Source: Elusimicrobiota bacterium
GTDB taxonomy: Bacteria > Elusimicrobiota > Elusimicrobia > Elusimicrobiales > UBA9959
Length of the DNA: 51,093 nucleotides
Assembly (NCBI GenBank): GCA_030651035.1
Contig: JAUSCK010000042.1
Span: forward strand, 1 to 51,093
Direction: 5' to 3'
In this document: positions 45,815 through 51,093 of the stretch, piece by piece
Layout: each line of letters begins with the position of its first letter
Numbering within the stretch: position 1 is the stretch's first letter
The notes under the pieces: generated by a model
What the model was told of the DNA's origin: nothing
The model's input: only the letters and a program-made list of their open reading frames with translations
Database searches by the model: none
Made by a program: the position numbers and the translations under genes

Positions 45815-46573
45815 ATGGAAATACTGATAACGAACGACGACGGGATTTACGCGGAGGGCATCTACGCCCTGGCTGCCGCGCTCAGCAGGGCCGGCAATGT
45901 GACCGTGGTGGCGCCGGACACGCAGCGCAGCGCGGTGGGACACGCCATAACCATAACCGACCCGCTCCGCGTAGTGAAGGCCAACCGCAGCGGCAAATTT
46001 TTCGGCTACGCCGCCAGCGGCACCCCGGCGGACTGCGTGAAGCTCGGGATAAAAGCCATAATGAAGAAACGTCCCGACCTTGTGGTCTCAGGCATAAACC
46101 TGGGGGGGAACCTGGGCTACAATGTCCTCTACTCCGGCACGGTCTCGGGCGCCACCGAGGGCGCCCTGCTGGGCATCCCTTCGATCGCGATCTCCCTGGA
46201 CACTTTTATCAAGCCGGATTTCAGCGCCGCGGCGGCTTTCTCCGTGAAGCTGGCCGGATACGTGAAAAAACACAGGCTGCCGCCGGGGACGCTGCTTAAC
46301 GTGAACCTCCCCAACGTCCCGGCCGGGAAACTGAAGGGGATAAGGGTGACCAACCAGAGCCGGACTTCCTTTAACGACTGGTTCGATAAGCGCACCGACC
46401 CGCACGGCAACACTTACTACTGGATGACCGGTGATTTCAAGCCCAAGGACGCTGACCAGGCCAGCGACCTGAACGCGCTGCGCGCCGGCTATATCTCGGT
46501 TACGCCCATCCAGTTCGACCTTACTGACTACAAGTTCATAACGGAACTGGAGAATTGGGAGATAACGGCCTGA
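45815..46573 (+). CDS. surE: 5'/3'-nucleotidase SurE
   Basis: ILITNDDG, VVAP...SA, GTPADCV, SGIN.G.N, YSGTV. Confidence 0.96.
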   Translation: MEILITNDDGIYAEGIYALAAALSRAGNVTVVAPDTQRSAVGHAITITDPLRVVKANRSGKFFGYAASGTPADCVKLGIKAIMKKRPDLVVSGINLGGNLGYNVLYSGTVSGATEGALLGIPSIAISLDTFIKPDFSAAAAFSVKLAGYVKKHRLPPGTLLNVNLPNVPAGKLKGIRVTNQSRTSFNDWFDKRTDPHGNTYYWMTGDFKPKDADQASDLNALRAGYISVTPIQFDLTDYKFITELENWEITA

Positions 46574-46602
46574 CCCGCAAAATGATCCGGAACGGAGGAC
46601 AC

Positions 46603-47250
46603 ATGAAGAACCTGATTTTTTCCCTTCTTATATTTTCCGCCGCTGCGGCTTATGCCCAGGAGGAGGTGAAGCCAGGCGCCGCGGTCCCGGCCGCGGCCGC
46701 CTTGAAGCCGCCGCCGCAGCAGAACAAATATTACCCGGAAATACTGCAGACGATGAAAAACCTTTCAGTGCTGCTGGAGCGGTGGGCCGAGATCCCGCAG
46801 CCTAAAATGGACGCCCTGGCCCCGGAAATAGCCGCGTTCAACGAGAAGGTCAAAGGCACGCTGGGCAAGGAAATGCTCGCCGAGATGGCCCGCAGGGAAA
46901 AAGAGCTTGATGATAAGGCGCGCTCCGCGTACGCCATGAAAACGCTGCAGGCCTTCCGCGCCGCGCTGCAGGTCTATTACGGCAGCAACGGCGGCGTCTA
47001 TCCCAAAAAACCCGCGCTCCTGGTACCGGCGGAGCTCCAGGAGGTGCCCGAGCTTTACCTGCCGGGGCACGGGCTGACCGCCAAGATCACCGTCATAGAT
47101 TCAAAGAAATATGACAAAGGTTTCGGCAGGGCCGTAACCGACTCCGGCGGCTGGCTTTACTTCTCGGACCCCGAATCGGTCAACTACGGGCTGCTGGTGC
47201 TGGACTGCTCTCACGCCGACGCGGGCGGTACGGAATTTTTCAAATATTGA
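46603..47250 (+). CDS. exported protein with GspG/pilin-like C-terminal domain
   Basis: signal peptide (AYA); FRAAL.VYY....GVYP, GH..T, DSGGW.Y, G....DCSH. Confidence 0.62.
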   Translation: MKNLIFSLLIFSAAAAYAQEEVKPGAAVPAAAALKPPPQQNKYYPEILQTMKNLSVLLERWAEIPQPKMDALAPEIAAFNEKVKGTLGKEMLAEMARREKELDDKARSAYAMKTLQAFRAALQVYYGSNGGVYPKKPALLVPAELQEVPELYLPGHGLTAKITVIDSKKYDKGFGRAVTDSGGWLYFSDPESVNYGLLVLDCSHADAGGTEFFKY

Positions 47251-47257
47251 GGATAGT

Positions 47258-49207
47258 ATGCTCAAAGAAGAAACGATAAACAGGACCTGCGGGAAACTGA
47301 CCGGGAAATATCCGTCCGAGGCTGCCCGGATAACCGCGTGCGTGCGCCAGGCGGCAAGCCTCTGGAATACCCGCAGGGACGGGGCGGCGGCCGGCTTCCA
47401 GCGCTTCTGCGTCGACCACTTTTTCATAGGCCCCGAACTGGACAACCTGCTGGCGGTTTTTGAGAACAAGCTGGAGCAGTTGAGCGGGCACTCGACGGCC
47501 CTGCTGCTGAAGCTGCGCCGCGAGGTGGACGAGGACACCGGGCCCCTGGGCGCCGCCGACCTGATGTTCGCAGCTTACTCCCCGTCCGCCCACTTCACGG
47601 AGGATATGTTCCAGGCGAAGCTGGCTTTCCTGGCGCTGCTGAATTTCCCGGTAAAAAGCCTTGAGGCCTGCATAGCGGAAGGCCCGGGCTGGAACCGCAA
47701 AGAATGGGCCAGCGCCCGGCTGGCGCAGCGCTTCTCCCACCGCGTACCGGCGGAGATAAAACAGGAAAGAGAGCGCGCCTACGCAGAAGCCGACAGCTAT
47801 ATCAATTTATATAATATTTTTCTCAACCGGATAACCGGCCCTTCCGGCGACGAGATCTTCCCGCTGGGGCCCAGGGTCATTACCCACTGGGGACTGCGGG
47901 ATTATCTCAAAGGGCTTTATTCCGACGGGAACGGCCTGGCCGGGCAGCGGGTCATACAGACGGTGATGGAAAGGATAATCGCCCAGGAGATACCCCGCAA
48001 ATTCATTAACTCCGACCAGTATTGCTGGGACCCGGCGGAAAACACCCTGGACGGCTCGGCCGCGGAGCGGGAGCCGGATACGCGCTACGAGATCTTCCTG
48101 GAAATTTTCCGCGCGCACCTGAAGGAAGACGCGTATTACCCCGCCGAGCCCACCCACATGGACCGCAAGTTCAAGCTGGAGCGGGAGATACCGGAGGCGG
48201 AAGCGGAGAAGATGTTCACGGACCTCCTGGAAGCCGGGGAAGGAGCCGAAGCCGCCGCCCTTATAGCCTCAAGGCTGGGCAGGCCGCTTGAACCCTTTGA
48301 TATCTGGTACGACGGTTTCAAGCCGCGCTCCGGCGTATCCCGGGAGAAGCTGGACCTGGCGGTCTCGGTCAAATATCCCGACGCCGCGGCCTTCCAGCGC
48401 GGGATACCGGAGATACTTGAGAAGCTGGGCTTCGCAAAGGATACGGCGGGCTTCGTGGCGGAAAGGGTGCAGGTGGACCCGGCGCGCGGGGCCGGCCACG
48501 CCTGGGGCCCGGCCATGCGCACCGAGAAGGCGCGCCTGCGCACCAGGATACCTGAAGGCGGCCTGGACTACCAGGGCTTCAATATAGCCATGCACGAACT
48601 GGGCCACTGCGCCGAGCAGGTACTGTCTCTTTACAGGGTGGACCATACGCTGCTCGCCGGCGTCCCGAACACCGCCTTCACCGAGGGCTTCGCCTTCGTG
48701 TTCCAGGCGCGCGACCTGGAAATCCTGGGCCTCGCCGCCTCCGACAACACCGCCGCGCACTCGAAAGCCCTGGACACTTTCTGGGCGGCGAGGGAAATTG
48801 CCGGCGTGGCGCTGGTGGACATGAACGTGTGGCGCTGGCTTTACAAGAACAAGGACGCCGAACCGGCCGACCTGCGCCAGGCCGCGGCGGAGATAGCCAA
48901 GGGCGTCTGGGACAGGCACTACGCGCCCATTTTCGGCGCCAAAGGCAGCACGCTGCTCGGCGTATATTCGCACATGATAAACTACGGGCTTTATCTGCCG
49001 GACTACCCGCTGGGCCACATTATCGCCTTCCAGATGGAGGAATATTTCAAGGAGCACAGCCTGGGAAAGGAAATGGAGCGCATGTGCGTGCAGGGGGCGA
49101 TAACGCCCGGGGAATGGATGCGGCGCGCGGTGGGAGAGGGGATCTCCCCGGGACCGCTGATAAAAGCGGCGGCGCTGGCTTTAAAAGCCGAGGCGGGAAA
49201 AGAGTGA
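47258..49207 (+). CDS. putative gluzincin metallopeptidase (M2/M3/M32-like)
   Basis: HELGH followed by NTAFTEG; late H.....Y..DY.LG. Confidence 0.6.
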   Translation: MLKEETINRTCGKLTGKYPSEAARITACVRQAASLWNTRRDGAAAGFQRFCVDHFFIGPELDNLLAVFENKLEQLSGHSTALLLKLRREVDEDTGPLGAADLMFAAYSPSAHFTEDMFQAKLAFLALLNFPVKSLEACIAEGPGWNRKEWASARLAQRFSHRVPAEIKQERERAYAEADSYINLYNIFLNRITGPSGDEIFPLGPRVITHWGLRDYLKGLYSDGNGLAGQRVIQTVMERIIAQEIPRKFINSDQYCWDPAENTLDGSAAEREPDTRYEIFLEIFRAHLKEDAYYPAEPTHMDRKFKLEREIPEAEAEKMFTDLLEAGEGAEAAALIASRLGRPLEPFDIWYDGFKPRSGVSREKLDLAVSVKYPDAAAFQRGIPEILEKLGFAKDTAGFVAERVQVDPARGAGHAWGPAMRTEKARLRTRIPEGGLDYQGFNIAMHELGHCAEQVLSLYRVDHTLLAGVPNTAFTEGFAFVFQARDLEILGLAASDNTAAHSKALDTFWAAREIAGVALVDMNVWRWLYKNKDAEPADLRQAAAEIAKGVWDRHYAPIFGAKGSTLLGVYSHMINYGLYLPDYPLGHIIAFQMEEYFKEHSLGKEMERMCVQGAITPGEWMRRAVGEGISPGPLIKAAALALKAEAGKE

Positions 49208-50064
49208 ACTTACTGTCTTTCAAGGTCCTCTGGAGGCTGGTTTTCTACCCGGCCCTGCTCTACGCCGTAATTTCATTTATCTTCTTCTGGCTTTACGTCC
49301 ACCCCAAGCGCAATACCAGCAACAGCAGGCCGGAGGACTTCGGGCTTGAGCCGGAAGAGCTTAAGCTGAAAACCGCCGACGGCGTGCAGCTGGACGCCTG
49401 GTTTATACCGCACAAGACAGGCAAAAAGGCGGTCATAGTCTGCCACGGCTACCCGATGGACAAGGGCGACGTGCTGGGCATGACCTCTTTCCTGGCGGTG
49501 GACTTCAGCCTGCTTTATTTCGACTTCAGGGCCACCGGCAGAAGCGGGGGCTTCTTCTCCACCGGCGGGGCCAGGGAAGTGCGCGACATCGACGCGGCGG
49601 TAAAATTCCTTGAGGACCGCGGATTAAAGAACGGCGTGGGCATATTCGCTTTCTCGATGGGCGGCGCGACGGCGCTGCTTTCCAGGAATCCCTCCATAAA
49701 AGCCCGGGCGCTGGAGGCGCCCTACGCTGACCTCGCCGGAGAGCTGGATTACATCTTCCGGCCCTGGGGGATATTCCGCAAGCCGCTGGTGGCCATGATG
49801 AAGGGCTGGAGCCTTCTGCTGATGGGCGTGAACATAAACTCCGTAAGCCCGGTCAAAAACACCTCGGCCTTTGCCGCGCCCATGCTGCTGGTCCACGGCG
49901 ACGCCGACACGCAGGTCCCGCTTGAGAATTCCCTGGCGATCAAAGCGGCGAACCCGGCGGCCGAGCTGTGGGTGGTGAAAGGCGCCGGCCACGGCGAGAA
50001 CCGCTACCACGCCAGCGGCGAGTATGAAAAGCGCATCACCGCCTTTTTCAGGAAGCATCTCTAG
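49204..50064 (+). CDS. membrane-anchored alpha/beta hydrolase
   Basis: GTG start overlapping upstream stop; HGY, DFR..G.S.G, FSMGG, HG..D, GAGH. Confidence 0.88.
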   Translation: MNLLSFKVLWRLVFYPALLYAVISFIFFWLYVHPKRNTSNSRPEDFGLEPEELKLKTADGVQLDAWFIPHKTGKKAVIVCHGYPMDKGDVLGMTSFLAVDFSLLYFDFRATGRSGGFFSTGGAREVRDIDAAVKFLEDRGLKNGVGIFAFSMGGATALLSRNPSIKARALEAPYADLAGELDYIFRPWGIFRKPLVAMMKGWSLLLMGVNINSVSPVKNTSAFAAPMLLVHGDADTQVPLENSLAIKAANPAAELWVVKGAGHGENRYHASGEYEKRITAFFRKHL

Positions 50065-50169
50065 TGTAACCGTGGGCAAGTGTAACTTAAGTCAAATGTA
50101 CGTTATTACCATAGCGGTAGACGGTCGGCATATACTAGAATATCGGAAGTGTTATTTACAGGGAGGAAT

Positions 50170-51093
50170 ATGAAGAAACTACTTATTATTCTGGCTTGCG
50201 TCGCAGTACCAGCTTCGCTGTGCGCGGAGCAGTGGCAGATACTCGGGACCCGCCCCATGGGCATGGGCGGCGCCTTCGTGGCCGTGGCCCAGGGCCCGAT
50301 AGCGCAGTACTGGAACCCGGCCGGCCTGGTGAAAAGCAGCGCCAATGTTTCCGGCGTGGAAATCCCCGTAGGGGCGAATGCCGAGTTCACCGGAGACATA
50401 ATAAAGAACGCCAGCGAAATAGGCGAAATGGCCAAGAGTTTTCAAGGCACGCAGACCTCACAGAGGGGCGGCGCCGCTATTGACGCTCAGCAGGTAGCCG
50501 CGTTCGCGAAAACCGTTTCGCTCATGAACAAGATGAACAAACCAGGCACAGGAGCTCTTATAGAGGTAGCAGGCGGGGCGAACTTTAAGTTCTCCAAAGT
50601 AGCCCTTTCTGTAAATAATTTCACCTCAATAAGGTCTGAACCCGATTATTGACACGACCAATATCGGCCTTGGTTCAGGAACCGGACTTTCTGGCGTAAC
50701 CTTTACAGAAGTGAGCAAGGGCTTCGCAGGCGGCCCGACTGAAGCAGCCTCCCGCGATAAGATAGAAACTGCAATCAACACCATAGGGTTCGCTAACCTC
50801 TCAACGCTTATGTGCGGAGCAGGAGGCTGTAACGCCGGAGATGGAGCGATAGGTAACGCTAACGAATTAGCCAACGCAATAATGAACAAGTCAGGAGCTT
50901 CAGGGCTTACCGACGCCCAAATTGCTGACGCCGCAACCATGCTCAATGAATACGCGGCATCACTGAAACCGCTGGTAAACGCTGCCGTAACCTCGCCTAC
51001 GAACGCGTACACGAACAATAAGTCAAACCTGACCGTGGCCGGGGCTTCTTTCATGGAAGTAGCGGCCGGCTACGCCTGGAACGTGGACAAATG
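50170..51093 (+). pseudogene. TraF-like outer-membrane protein with +1 frameshift at ~50631; runs off window
   Basis: RPMGMGGAFVA, YWNPAGL; deleting one A in ATAAGG gives an open frame (SIGLNPIIDTTNIGLGSG...) to the window end. Confidence 0.65.

Noticed and set aside
48829-49203. N-terminal extension of the hydrolase ORF in the track
   Set aside because: Overlaps the upstream gene by 375 bp; GTG at 49204 gives a normal coupled start

Overview
GC-rich bacterial chromosomal window. Gene content (TraF-like outer-membrane protein, GspG/pilin-like paralogs, pan/coa operon) suggests Elusimicrobiota; this is an inference. From left to right it holds: a sugar ABC/GH94/GH35 operon, rlmN, a RecD/Dda-like helicase, orphan cheC/cheY, a T2SS-F protein, an amidohydrolase plus a three-subunit xanthine-dehydrogenase-family molybdoenzyme, tRNA-Arg(TCT), a pantothenate/CoA operon, an AmmeMemo B-A fusion and tRNA-His(GTG). 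An island follows at 27255-38816, then a CHASE2 cyclase/SH3/M48 module, surE, a gluzincin-like peptidase, an alpha/beta hydrolase and a frameshifted TraF-like gene. Four things stand out. (1) The island is a tandem pair of integrase-free cassettes at the tRNA-His 3' end, separated by CACCC cores. Each has a conserved left end (21-bp identical motif plus terminator) and a conserved ~200-bp right end. (2) Cassette 1 carries a KamA-like aminomutase, a SPASM-radical SAM-VanW fusion, a Ddl-like ATP-grasp ligase, an M23 peptidase and a PdxB-like dehydrogenase, a candidate cell-envelope remodelling system. (3) A ~40-bp palindrome lies five times inside protein-coding sequence, in different frames and orientations. 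(4) A whole GltD-like module is inserted into the [4Fe-4S] loop of the molybdoenzyme FAD subunit. All family calls come from motifs read by eye; no searches were run.
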